This document shows positions 1 through 9,769 of a stretch of 64,000 nt of DNA, piece by piece. Source of the stretch: a bacterium (GTDB taxonomy: Bacteria > Patescibacteriota > Saccharimonadia > Saccharimonadales > Saccharimonadaceae). The notes beneath the pieces were generated by a model, which saw only the letters and a list, made by a program, of their open reading frames with translations, made no database searches and was not told the origin of the DNA. Both the position numbers and the translations under genes were made by a program. Location of the stretch: assembly GCA_030427525.1 (NCBI GenBank), contig JAUIBD010000001.1, positions 18,628 to 82,627 of the forward strand, written 5' to 3'. The first letter of the stretch is position 1; every line of letters begins with the position of its first letter.

Positions 1-574
<574 letters not shown>

Positions 575-643
575 TTAGAAGGATCATATTGCCTGGCTAC
601 CGCCTCGACGGTAACGAGACGACAGCCGTGCTTGAGGTGTTGG

Positions 644-678
644 AAGTTCAGGCTTGAATTCATTTCAAACCTGAACTT
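644..678 (-). terminator. Hairpin downstream of the LysM/CHAP gene (candidate terminator)
   Basis: AAGTTCAGG (644-652) pairs perfectly with CCTGAACTT (670-678), and an inner TTGAA/TTCAA pair extends the stem. There is no clear U tract. Confidence 0.4.
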
Positions 679-695
679 GGAGAGTATGCCCTCGC

Positions 696-1721
696 TTAAT
701 GTATATACAAGTAAATGCGCGCTTGGCCAGCAGAAATTGTGCGTTGGTTGACAATATTGAAACCGCCATAAGCATAGTTGTTCATTTCGCTCACCACAAC
801 ATCTCCGTTCGGCTTTACTCTTTCAACTATACCAACGTGTCCAAAGTAGCCGGCTTGGTCAGCAAATACAGCACCTGCGGCTGCGCTATTATTAACCCTG
901 TAGCCACTTGCTCGAGCGTTTGCCGCCCACGTGTTTGCGTTACCCCAGAAGCTACCAACAGGACGGCCTAATTGGGCGCGACGTTCGTATGCGTACCAGG
1001 TACAGTTACCCGGTGCATAGCGGTTACCTACAGATACCGCGCTGATTCCAGAGTCGATTATTCCGCCGCCAATGTCTCCTGAGCCTGTATTAACCTGGCT
1101 GCTTGGAACACCCGCAGCATTTGATAGTTGCTCTACTTTTACCCCATCTGGAACAATAATACGTGACCCTACCTTGAGGCCACTGAGCTCGAGGTCATTT
1201 ACGGCTACAATTCGACTCGAGTTAGAGTTGAAGTTTCGCGCGATTGAACTGACTGTCTCGCCACCAGAAACGGTATGCAAAATACCACTGACAGGTAGAA
1301 TCGTAAGCTTGCGACCTGATTCTATCATGTCAGTATCAGCGAGACCATTGGCCCAACGAATAGTGTCGGCAGATATACCAAATTTGCTAGCAATCTTCGG
1401 AATTGTATCACCCTTTTTGGTGACGTAGGTTGATATCGCACGGTTTGTATTTGTCGGCTTAATAATTTGAGGCTTGGTTACCTCTGTAGTGTCTGTCTGA
1501 GCAAGCTCACTTTTTACGGTAAGAGAAACCGACATACTAGCAGCGTTTGCGGCAATCGGCAGGTTCGCTCGCTCCGCTAGAGCGGCTGCGATATCTGTTG
1601 CAATTACATCATCTACAGATGGACCAACATTGGGTGTAATCGAGGCATCAGCTGCGCTTGGAGCTAGCAACGCCGCTTGCTGTGCAGCAGTATTTTTCGG
1701 CGAATCATAACCAAGCGCCAC
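696..1721 (-). CDS. Secreted peptidoglycan hydrolase with 2x LysM and a C-terminal CHAP domain
   Basis: LysM-like blocks YVTKKGDTIPKIASKFGISADTIRWANGL and HTVSGGETVSSIARNFNSNSSRIVAVNDL. CHAP-like block NCTWYAYERRAQLGRPVGSFWGNANTW...GHVGIVERV. The true start is probably upstream (see finding). Confidence 0.8.
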   Translation of the reverse strand: MALGYDSPKNTAAQQAALLAPSAADASITPNVGPSVDDVIATDIAAALAERANLPIAANAASMSVSLTVKSELAQTDTTEVTKPQIIKPTNTNRAISTYVTKKGDTIPKIASKFGISADTIRWANGLADTDMIESGRKLTILPVSGILHTVSGGETVSSIARNFNSNSSRIVAVNDLELSGLKVGSRIIVPDGVKVEQLSNAAGVPSSQVNTGSGDIGGGIIDSGISAVSVGNRYAPGNCTWYAYERRAQLGRPVGSFWGNANTWAANARASGYRVNNSAAAGAVFADQAGYFGHVGIVERVKPNGDVVVSEMNNYAYGGFNIVNQRTISAGQARIYLYIH

Positions 1722-2119
1722 AATAGCGATCAGGAGTGCGAAGGCACCAGCGTAGGCAGTTAATGCAGCTGCCGACGGACGTAGTTTCTTCGATGCACGT
1801 TTTTGTTTCGATACAACTGGCTGTTTTAGAACAGCTGTTTGTGCATGAGACGAGCTCGGTGCAATGTCGTTACGAATTTTCGTTCTCCTGCCGCCCTCAA
1901 TTACTTAAGGGGGCTTCTACCGTACTTAGTCTTTCTTCTCGCAGTGAGAACAGGACACACATGTCGACCTATGTATTAGTTGATATTGCTATAAATAGTT
2001 CTTGTTCGGTGCCCGTACGACAGTTCGGGTAGGCCCATTTCAGTGAATTCGTGCTGTCTCTCGCAGTAGGAGTTACCTCCTATAGACTCACTGACAAATC
2101 ACGAAATGTGCTGGTACTT

Positions 2120-2148
2120 ATTGTAGCAATGCTTGCATTTTATGTCAA
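2120..2148 (-). promoter_or_regulatory. Near-consensus sigma-70-type promoter driving the LysM/CHAP leader
   Basis: On the minus strand, TTGACA (2148-2143), a 17-nt spacer, then TACAAT (2125-2120). Confidence 0.65.
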
Positions 2149-2217
2149 TACATTTTGTAGGAGGGTTTTATCCCTCGATTTATATCAAACCAGACCGGGA
2201 TGGCTGTGCCCTCACTG

Positions 2218-3366
2218 TTAAAGTATCAGACACTTTTTCTGGCAATGTTTTTCTATATTTGCCTCGTGTTCGGCATTTGTGCGAGCGAAGTATGTTTTGT
2301 CGTCGTCACCACTAAGGAAATAGAGGTAGTCACCTTTTGCTGGATTAGCAACCGCCAGTAATGCGCTCTCACCCGGTGAAGCAATTGGGCCCGGTGGCAG
2401 ACCGTTGTACCTTCGGGTATTGTATGGCGAATCCAGTCCTGGGTCTCGTGCGACCCCAGTTTTATCGGCGATATATTGATATGTTACATCGGATCCTAAC
2501 TGCATACCCTGCTTCAACCGCAATAGAAACACCTGCGCTACTTGCGCTGAGTCAGCAGCCGAGGAAACCTCACGCTGGATTATGGAAGCCAATGTAATGC
2601 CTTCGTATAGAGTAAGACCCTGTTTTTTATACGCTGTTACCAAATTATTCTCGTTTACAACGCTTTCTAGCTGACTAAATGTCCGCTCAAGCACCTGCTC
2701 AACTGTTGCATCGGTAGGAAACTGATATGTTTCGCCGTATATATAACCTTCAAGATCGGCGGATGCTGGCTTGTCAGCAAAGACTGGGTTGTCATAGTCT
2801 TTAGCAAGCGCTTGGTCGACATCTGCCTCAGCGAATCCGGCTTGCAGCAGCACTTTTCTATGCTCCTCTAGGGTTGCTCCTGGATAAAATGTCATGCTAA
2901 AGGTTTCAGTTTTGCCAGAGGTGATCGTCTCGACAATTGTTGGTACGCTTGACCCGCGACTAAATTTAAAGGGTCCTGCTTGTAATTGCCCACTGGCACC
3001 GCTTAGTCGTACATACCACGCAAACGCAGTTGCACTGCGTATTACATCTTTTTCCTTTAGGGTTTCGGCTAAGCTAGCCCCCGTGCTCCCAGCTGGTATC
3101 GTAACCGTTACCAGCTGGTTGCTGCCGGGTTCTACCGGCTGAAGTTGTTGATTATACCAAAGTAATACACCTAAGAATAACAGTACTACAGCACCGACTA
3201 CGCCTATTAGTACAGCGAATAGTCTTTTCTTCGATCGACTTTTTTCCAGTACGACTGGTTCAGAGGGTTCCATCTCTAGTGGAGTTGGGTCGACAGGTTC
3301 AGCTGGCTTCTCCTCTTCAGGTGGAATAATTGGTTCTTTTTGTTTTGGTGGTAAAATATCATTCAT
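2218..3366 (-). CDS. mltG: Endolytic murein transglycosylase MltG (YceG-like)
   Basis: N-terminal TM helix, then YceG hallmarks LASIIQREV and YNTRRYNGLPPGPIASPG. Confidence 0.85.
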   Translation of the reverse strand: MNDILPPKQKEPIIPPEEEKPAEPVDPTPLEMEPSEPVVLEKSRSKKRLFAVLIGVVGAVVLLFLGVLLWYNQQLQPVEPGSNQLVTVTIPAGSTGASLAETLKEKDVIRSATAFAWYVRLSGASGQLQAGPFKFSRGSSVPTIVETITSGKTETFSMTFYPGATLEEHRKVLLQAGFAEADVDQALAKDYDNPVFADKPASADLEGYIYGETYQFPTDATVEQVLERTFSQLESVVNENNLVTAYKKQGLTLYEGITLASIIQREVSSAADSAQVAQVFLLRLKQGMQLGSDVTYQYIADKTGVARDPGLDSPYNTRRYNGLPPGPIASPGESALLAVANPAKGDYLYFLSGDDDKTYFARTNAEHEANIEKHCQKKCLIL

Positions 3367-3767
3367 ATTTGTGCCTCCATGTAATCTTGCAAGATTATTG
3401 CCGCCGCTTCAGCATCGATGTCTTCTTTATTATAGCCAGCTTTTCGTTGTTTTAAACGGTCTTCTGCCATGACGCTGGTCAATGATTCATCTTGAAATAC
3501 GATTTCGGCAATGCCTTCGAGCTTTTTCGCTACGCTCTCTACAAATGCCGTTTGCTGCGTTGCTTCGCCCGATTGATTGCGTGGATAACCAATCACAATA
3601 GTGGAAACACCGTGCAGATCTACCAATTTAGAAATTGCCTCAACTTCACTGCCATCCACTAGTACGACGCCATGAGGTGTGGCAATTTGCACGGTTCCGT
3701 CCGCCACGGCCACACCAATACGAACAGTGCCAATATCAAGACCAAGTAAGGTATTAGTTTGACTCAT
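3363..3767 (-). CDS. ruvX: Holliday-junction resolvase-like nuclease RuvX/YqgF
   Basis: LLGLDIGTVRIGVAVAD motif. I chose the ATG at 3767 (MSQTNTLLGLD). The longer ORF to 3857 would overlap the upstream gene by about 100 nt. Confidence 0.75.
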   Translation of the reverse strand: MSQTNTLLGLDIGTVRIGVAVADGTVQIATPHGVVLVDGSEVEAISKLVDLHGVSTIVIGYPRNQSGEATQQTAFVESVAKKLEGIAEIVFQDESLTSVMAEDRLKQRKAGYNKEDIDAEAAAIILQDYMEAQI

Positions 3768-5367
3768 CCAACTTGAACTGCACAGTAACTTTTTTGCTAT
3801 CGTCTGGCACGGTATTGACCCAAAATGGGAAGAATTTGATATCAACAGAATCAACACCTTGAATTGACTGAATATCTGCCTGAATATCGCCGAATTTCTT
3901 ACCTTTGGCGTTTTCTTTCACCTCTTTCTCGTCAATCTTTGGTCCAACTTGACCAGTGGCTATCAGTGTGGCCTCACCGCCATCGGTCTTTTTTACGACG
4001 TCTTGGAACTGTGCATCGGCGGCGCCAGTATCATATATGCGTTGTTCATCTTTGTTATCGAGAGTATCTGTGAGGGTTGCTTTCAAAAATTCATCAATTT
4101 CGCTACGCGCCACAGCATACATTTTGTAGGTTACCTTGCCAGTTAGCGTGGCGTTGCCCCCAGCGGCTTCAGCTCCTACGGCAGGGTTAGACGTGACGTT
4201 GGCGTAGTCAGTCATAAAGGTATCTTCTAGCACTACAACGTCGCCTTCAAACTTGCCTTTTAGTTGATTTATAATGTCGTCGGTGTTTTGGTCAACCAGA
4301 GATTGCTTTGCCTTTTGCACGTCCGATTCTTTGACTACTTTTACTATTTTGTCTGTTCCCCCAGAGGTAGGGTCGACAAGTGTAGCATCAATATTGTTAG
4401 GTGCGCCAGACATACTGCCGCTCGCCGCGTTATATTTTGCACCGACTTCCGCCGCTTCAACAGTTGTAGGCGCATTGTTATAGTTTGAAATCGTTATCGT
4501 GACATCTGATTGAGTAATGTACGCGAGACCACCAGAAACCAGTTTGGTACCCGCAGGTATGGTGGTGCCTAGTGCGGTAATCGAATTAGTCGAGAATTGA
4601 ACGGTGCCTGTGGCCTTATTACCAACATTCTTGCTGCCAGTTGCGGTAAAATCTTGTGAAATATCTTCTGACTGACTGGCCAATACGGCCTTTAGTGTGC
4701 CTTTTTTAGCATCGGTTTTCAGTTTGTCGCCAACAACAACATCAGTATTAACAGATGAACTGGTTGTCTTCGCAGCAATAACAATTGTCGCATGTGGCGC
4801 AAAGAAAATAGCCCATACCAAAAACGCAATTAGCGCAATACCTCCGGTTATACCAAAGAAAAGTTTCTTCCTAAAACTGCTAAAGTTTGGTACCTTCGCA
4901 CGAGATTTTTTACTCGGTTTGGTTGCCCGAGAAGATCGCGGGGGTGGAGTTGAGGGGATATCATCCATAGTCTCGGCAGCTTCATCAATTCCGTCCGGGT
5001 CGGCTCCTGGCGCCATTTTGGCGTGCTCGCCTATTGGCACTTCATTCCCATCAATCACGTCGACTGAATCGTCAGCATCTAGTGACGATGGTTCTACTAG
5101 TTCCGGCTTGCTCTGGAGATTCTTTGCTACAGGAATCGCCGCGGCCGCGGCAAGGCTAACAAGTGATGCATTGCTGCTGATTAGCACCACGCGTTTGTCA
5201 TTGGTTTTTGCCGCGCGTGCTAATAACCGCAAGTTCACTGCACTTTGCAAAACGCCAGTTCTTTTCGGGGGTACAAGTGCAATAATCTTCTCGTTAGAAG
5301 CCTTAATTTTGCTAATTATACCTGTGATATCGTCTTCGACATCGATGTAAATAACGTCTTTATTCAT
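3754..5367 (-). CDS. Hypothetical single-pass membrane protein (537 aa) in the ftsA-ruvX-mltG cluster
   Basis: Conserved-looking cytoplasmic N-domain (VIYIDVEDDITGIISKIKASNEKIIALVPP...), a basic/Pro linker, a TM helix (LFFGITGGIALIAFLVWAIFFA) and a beta-rich extracytoplasmic domain. No family is confidently recognised. Confidence 0.6.
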   Translation of the reverse strand: MNKDVIYIDVEDDITGIISKIKASNEKIIALVPPKRTGVLQSAVNLRLLARAAKTNDKRVVLISSNASLVSLAAAAAIPVAKNLQSKPELVEPSSLDADDSVDVIDGNEVPIGEHAKMAPGADPDGIDEAAETMDDIPSTPPPRSSRATKPSKKSRAKVPNFSSFRKKLFFGITGGIALIAFLVWAIFFAPHATIVIAAKTTSSSVNTDVVVGDKLKTDAKKGTLKAVLASQSEDISQDFTATGSKNVGNKATGTVQFSTNSITALGTTIPAGTKLVSGGLAYITQSDVTITISNYNNAPTTVEAAEVGAKYNAASGSMSGAPNNIDATLVDPTSGGTDKIVKVVKESDVQKAKQSLVDQNTDDIINQLKGKFEGDVVVLEDTFMTDYANVTSNPAVGAEAAGGNATLTGKVTYKMYAVARSEIDEFLKATLTDTLDNKDEQRIYDTGAADAQFQDVVKKTDGGEATLIATGQVGPKIDEKEVKENAKGKKFGDIQADIQSIQGVDSVDIKFFPFWVNTVPDDSKKVTVQFKLDESN

Positions 5368-5371
5368 TCAC

Positions 5372-6658
5372 TTAAATTCGCAAAATGCGATTGAGTTTTT
5401 CCTTTATCGAGCCGTTGTCGTCGCTGCCTACAATTGTATCATAGCCAACCCGTAGCAGCCCCATGGCGGTTATGAATGTGTGGTCGTTTGCCTTTGCGGT
5501 GATATCATCAATTCCCACTACTGTTTCAGGTGATATTAGCTGCACGCTGGGGCGCTTTGTAAACGGCAAACTTTTGTACCAATCTTCGGTGTTTAAAGCC
5601 TCTACTAGTTTAATCAAACTTGCGCCACCACCACACAACAATATACGCCCAGGTAGGTGGTCGACTGAGTCAAATTCACTGAGGGCAAGTTCGACGCCTG
5701 ACAGCCAGACATCGAGTGTTTTATCGATTGCTTCATCGGCTTGTTTTTTCACGCTTGGTTTAATTTGGTCGTTATCAATGTTGATCTTTAGTTTTTCAGC
5801 GTCTTCATAACCAAGATTAAGCTCGCTTGCTATTGTGCGCGTAAAGCTTCGTCCACCAATACCGAACATTTTAGTACCTTCTACACCACCATCGTTTACT
5901 ACGGCAATGTCGGTGGTACCACCACCAACATCGGCAAGTACAGCTGTTAGATTACTACTGGCGTCGTTGCCTAATACACTGCGACTCACTGCAAATGGCT
6001 CTGCCGCTACTGCCAGAAGCTCTAGCGCAAGTTCGTCAGCTACCCGTTCCAGCGCGCCAATATGCACCATAGGAGCAAACGCAGTGTATATCTGTACAGC
6101 TACGTCTTTACCTTGAAAGCCAATTGGGTTTGATACTTTATAGCCGTCAATATGAATGCTGACCAGCGCGGAATTGACCAGTTTTACTTCTACTTCATCG
6201 TTGCCTGTTTCGAGGGCAATCTGCTTTTGAGCCTTGCCTTGGGCACGTTCTTGTACTTTTTCGATTATAAATTCCATTTCGGAAATATCGAGAGGTCGAT
6301 CTGGCTGCGGGCGTCGGTATTTAATGGTATTAGTCACACCTATCACGAGTTCACCGGCGATGCCAATAACCACCCGCTTCGCCTGCAAACCAGCTTGGTC
6401 TTCTGCTTCAGCCAAGGCTTGTTCGCAGTTTTGCACCACGCCAGCAATGTCGGCAATGGCACCTGTGTGCATATCGCTCACATTTTGCCGAGCCTTACCC
6501 ACGCCTACTATCTTCATTTTGTCATCTTCAACTTTAGCTATTAGAGCTTTCACAAACTCTGTCCCGATATCCAACGCCACGATGTGCTGCTTGTCCTCAG
6601 CCTCTGCCTTTTTTTGACGCATATTACGTATTTTTGCTAAAACCATAAGTAGTACCAT
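5372..6658 (-). CDS. ftsA: Cell division protein FtsA (actin-like ATPase)
   Basis: VALDIGTEFVKA phosphate-1 and DVGGGTTDIAV phosphate-2 motifs. The start is uncertain, because the ATG at 6658 lies inside a TATAAT box. ATGs at 6646 or 6622 are alternatives. Confidence 0.7.
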   Translation of the reverse strand: MVLLMVLAKIRNMRQKKAEAEDKQHIVALDIGTEFVKALIAKVEDDKMKIVGVGKARQNVSDMHTGAIADIAGVVQNCEQALAEAEDQAGLQAKRVVIGIAGELVIGVTNTIKYRRPQPDRPLDISEMEFIIEKVQERAQGKAQKQIALETGNDEVEVKLVNSALVSIHIDGYKVSNPIGFQGKDVAVQIYTAFAPMVHIGALERVADELALELLAVAAEPFAVSRSVLGNDASSNLTAVLADVGGGTTDIAVVNDGGVEGTKMFGIGGRSFTRTIASELNLGYEDAEKLKINIDNDQIKPSVKKQADEAIDKTLDVWLSGVELALSEFDSVDHLPGRILLCGGGASLIKLVEALNTEDWYKSLPFTKRPSVQLISPETVVGIDDITAKANDHTFITAMGLLRVGYDTIVGSDDNGSIKEKLNRILRI

Positions 6659-6725
6659 TATACTACTGTTTGCTAGGGGAGCAAAGCTACTTGCAAAATG
6701 TCACATAATGTGATAATATATAATT

Positions 6726-7751
6726 ATGGAATATGATGATTCAGAGCCAGTTGAACTCTCAATCAGCGACATAAAGGCACTCGAGGATCGAGAACGAGCT
6801 GTTTTAGCCACAGACGTGATTGAAGCGGCAGAGTCGGCCGTTGCATCACTAAGAATACAAAAAGAGCCTTCTGCACAACGGGACACACTATATTTCGAGC
6901 TGGACGAGTTGAATGCCGTGCTGCCACCATCACTATTGGGCAATCTTGCGGGCGGTACAACTTTGGAGAACGCTATCATCACGTTTGACCACAATTTAGA
7001 TGACAAAAAAGGTTCAATTTCTGTACGATTTGATTTAGCTAAGGAAACGGCTGATATGCTGTCTGTTGCTGTTGAGCTTATACCTTCTGTAGAACATGAC
7101 ATGTACGTTGCACTTATGCATATTGAGGGAGAGGATTCACCGATTGCACTGTTTGACCTTGTTCCTCGTACAGAGCTGAACGTATTCTTTGCAAGTATAT
7201 TTTCGCGCTCTAAGACTGGTAAGTATGATGCCTTCAAGCAAATACCGCACAACGAACTCGAGGTTTTACGCCGTCTGCTCGACGCTTTGAGCGAACATAC
7301 AGATGACCACATGTCCGAATCGACCTACATAGAAGGCTGGGCAGATGATGAAAAGACGATACCAATCAATCCTATCCAAGTCAACGAAGACTGTGGACAG
7401 ACCATCAGAATACAGGCTGAAAACAGTAAAGCCCCTCAGCGCAGAGTAATGACGATAGAATTCGACCAAGAGGGCAAACCCTACAGTGAAGGAGATGAGC
7501 TAGACCCTAATTCGATCGACGGTATACGCATCTATGAACCTTCAAACGATCCAAACATAGAGCACACAGCAGAAAGACCTAGTACCGAGCACCTCGTTGA
7601 GTTTTTGGATTTCTTTAATGGAATAGCTCCCATGTCCGAGACCGAAAGCGAGATCCCTGCCGGTGCCATGCTTGATCTACCCGACTCGCAAACAATGAAC
7701 ATTGAAGATTCTAGAGAACTTTCGCCCGAAGAGGATTCTACGCTAGAATAG
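6726..7751 (+). CDS. Hypothetical acidic protein (341 aa)
   Basis: It is the longest ORF at this locus, and its 3' end overlaps the alaS 3' end by 14 nt in convergent orientation. No motif was recognised. Confidence 0.55.
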   Translation: MEYDDSEPVELSISDIKALEDRERAVLATDVIEAAESAVASLRIQKEPSAQRDTLYFELDELNAVLPPSLLGNLAGGTTLENAIITFDHNLDDKKGSISVRFDLAKETADMLSVAVELIPSVEHDMYVALMHIEGEDSPIALFDLVPRTELNVFFASIFSRSKTGKYDAFKQIPHNELEVLRRLLDALSEHTDDHMSESTYIEGWADDEKTIPINPIQVNEDCGQTIRIQAENSKAPQRRVMTIEFDQEGKPYSEGDELDPNSIDGIRIYEPSNDPNIEHTAERPSTEHLVEFLDFFNGIAPMSETESEIPAGAMLDLPDSQTMNIEDSRELSPEEDSTLE

Positions 7752-9708
7752 CCTTGATGCGTCGGATTCCGGCGCTTGAGGCTTCTTCTCTTGTAATCTT
7801 GAATTTCTTGCCATCCTCAAATAGTTGCAGTGTGTGATCGACATGTGGCCCGCCACAAATTTCGAAGCTAAATGGTCGCTCATGTGCGGGCGATTTCTCG
7901 TCCTTCATGCTGTACACCTTTACAGTGTCGCCGTAGCGGTCGCCGAATTGACCTAGTGCACCTAGCCGGCCGGTGGCTTCTTCGGTAGGATATTCTTTAA
8001 AACTAATCTGCAAATCTTTGGCAATTTCGCGGTTTACAATTTCTTCTACTTGGTCCAGCTGTTCACGAGTCACCTTTTCAGGGTGTGAAAAGTCGAAACG
8101 TAGGCGCTCTTCGGTAATATTACTGCCCCGCTGGATTACGTGGTCGCCCAAAACATCACGAAGTGCCTGGTACATTAGGTGGGTTGCAGTGTGGTATTTC
8201 TTGTGCTGCATGGTTTGCCCGCCCAAGCCGCCTTTGAAGGTGCCTTTGGCTGCGGTTTGTGAACGCTGGCGCTGCTCGGCCATTTTCGCGTCGAATTCTT
8301 CACGCCAATTTTCAGATAGTCTCACAGTGGCAAGTTTGTTGCTCTGGTTTAATTCCTCATCAGTAACAGGCGGATTGATTGCTATGATTTCTGCTGTTAA
8401 TTCAGGAGGATAGCCATACGTATCATACGCCGTGAAGACTTCTTCACCAGACATAACTCGCACTCCATCATGCTCCTTGCCAGAAGCAAGTACAAACTTT
8501 AGGCCCTTCCTCAAGGTCTGTCGGAAAGCTTTTTCTTCCTTTATTAGCACAGCGATGACTTCCTCGCGTTTTTCTGCCACTTCTGGGAAATCATCGTGGT
8601 AAAGGTCGGCAATTACTGGCACTACTTCTTGTAAGAAGTTCTGCTCGATACCCAGTTCGAACGCGAAACGAATTGCGCGGCGTAGCAAGCGTCGCATGAC
8701 GTACCCCTGCTCTTTATTGCTCGGCACGCAGCCGTCTACTGCCAGGAAGGTTGCGGCGCGTAAGTGATCGGCAATCACCCGCATAGCATTGGTGTGACTG
8801 TCGTAGCTTTTACCACTTAGCTTCTCCAGCTTTTCAATAATCGGCCACATCAGACTAATCTTAAAGACATCTGGGTCGTCTAATTTAGCAGCTGCAATGC
8901 GCTCTAGGCCAGAGCCGTGGTCTATATTCGGCTTCTCCAGTGGCTCAAACTTGCCATCTGCCACTTTTTTATATGCCATAAACACATTGTTGCCAATTTC
9001 TAGGAAACGGCCGCAGTCGCAGTTCGGGTGGCAATGCTCACCAAATTCTGGATTGTGTTGCGTACCAAAATCATAAAACATTTCACTGTCTGGGCCACAC
9101 GGGTCGCCAATTGGCGTGCTCTCAGGCGCACCGTTGCGGCTCCACCAGTTTTTGCTGCCATCATAAAAGAAAATACGTTCGCCATCCTTTATCCCCCGCT
9201 GGTAGCCAGCTTCTTCGCTGCCGACATCTGCTTGACCGCTGGAAAGGCCTTTTTCGTCGAATAATTTTGCCCATACATCAGCGGCTTCGATATCCTTTTC
9301 AATATCGTACTCCGGAGCACCGATATAGCAGGTGATATAAAGCTTGCTGGCATCAAGTCCCACAACATTTGTCAGGAAATCCCACATCCACTCGATTTGC
9401 TCTTTTTTGTAGTTTGCCGGATTTCCGCCCATATTCCAGTTGCCCAGCATTTCAAAAAAAGTCGTGTGGCGGTTGTCGCCAATTTCTTCAATGTCCATCG
9501 CTCGCAGACACGTCTGACTGTCGACGATTCGATTGCCTTCTGGGTGCTGCTCGCCCAGCAGATAAGGAATAATCGGCTGCATGCCGCTGCCGGTAAATAG
9601 GGTGGTAGGGTCATCGTGAAGCACTAGCGGCGCGCGTTTTACGATAGCATGGCCACGATCTTCAAAGTACTTTAAGTACGCGTTGCGAATTTCTTGAGCA
9701 TTCATCAC
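7738..9708 (-). CDS. alaS: Alanine--tRNA ligase, short form (656 aa, no C-Ala domain)
   Basis: N-terminus IRNAYLKYFEDRGHAIV...TLFTGSGMQP...FFEMLGNW, editing-domain HTATHLMYQAL and CGGPHV. A GTG at 9708 is followed directly by an ATG at 9705. Confidence 0.9.
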   Translation of the reverse strand: MMNAQEIRNAYLKYFEDRGHAIVKRAPLVLHDDPTTLFTGSGMQPIIPYLLGEQHPEGNRIVDSQTCLRAMDIEEIGDNRHTTFFEMLGNWNMGGNPANYKKEQIEWMWDFLTNVVGLDASKLYITCYIGAPEYDIEKDIEAADVWAKLFDEKGLSSGQADVGSEEAGYQRGIKDGERIFFYDGSKNWWSRNGAPESTPIGDPCGPDSEMFYDFGTQHNPEFGEHCHPNCDCGRFLEIGNNVFMAYKKVADGKFEPLEKPNIDHGSGLERIAAAKLDDPDVFKISLMWPIIEKLEKLSGKSYDSHTNAMRVIADHLRAATFLAVDGCVPSNKEQGYVMRRLLRRAIRFAFELGIEQNFLQEVVPVIADLYHDDFPEVAEKREEVIAVLIKEEKAFRQTLRKGLKFVLASGKEHDGVRVMSGEEVFTAYDTYGYPPELTAEIIAINPPVTDEELNQSNKLATVRLSENWREEFDAKMAEQRQRSQTAAKGTFKGGLGGQTMQHKKYHTATHLMYQALRDVLGDHVIQRGSNITEERLRFDFSHPEKVTREQLDQVEEIVNREIAKDLQISFKEYPTEEATGRLGALGQFGDRYGDTVKVYSMKDEKSPAHERPFSFEICGGPHVDHTLQLFEDGKKFKITREEASSAGIRRIKAILA

Positions 9709-9769
9709 CCCCTATTGTAACAGAGGCCACTCGGATTGAGTAGCCTCTGTATTTGTGTACCAAGTAAAT

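Noticed and set aside
4697-5350. Long antisense ORFs on the strand opposite clear genes: 4697..5350 (+), 6701..7312 (-), 22214..22825 (+), 24144..24758 (+), 35196..35753 (-) and 62612..63037 (-).
   Set aside because: Each lies wholly inside a longer ORF that has recognisable motifs or operon context. Their translations are Ser/Ala/Gly/Arg-rich 'shadow' sequences typical of the antisense frame of real genes.
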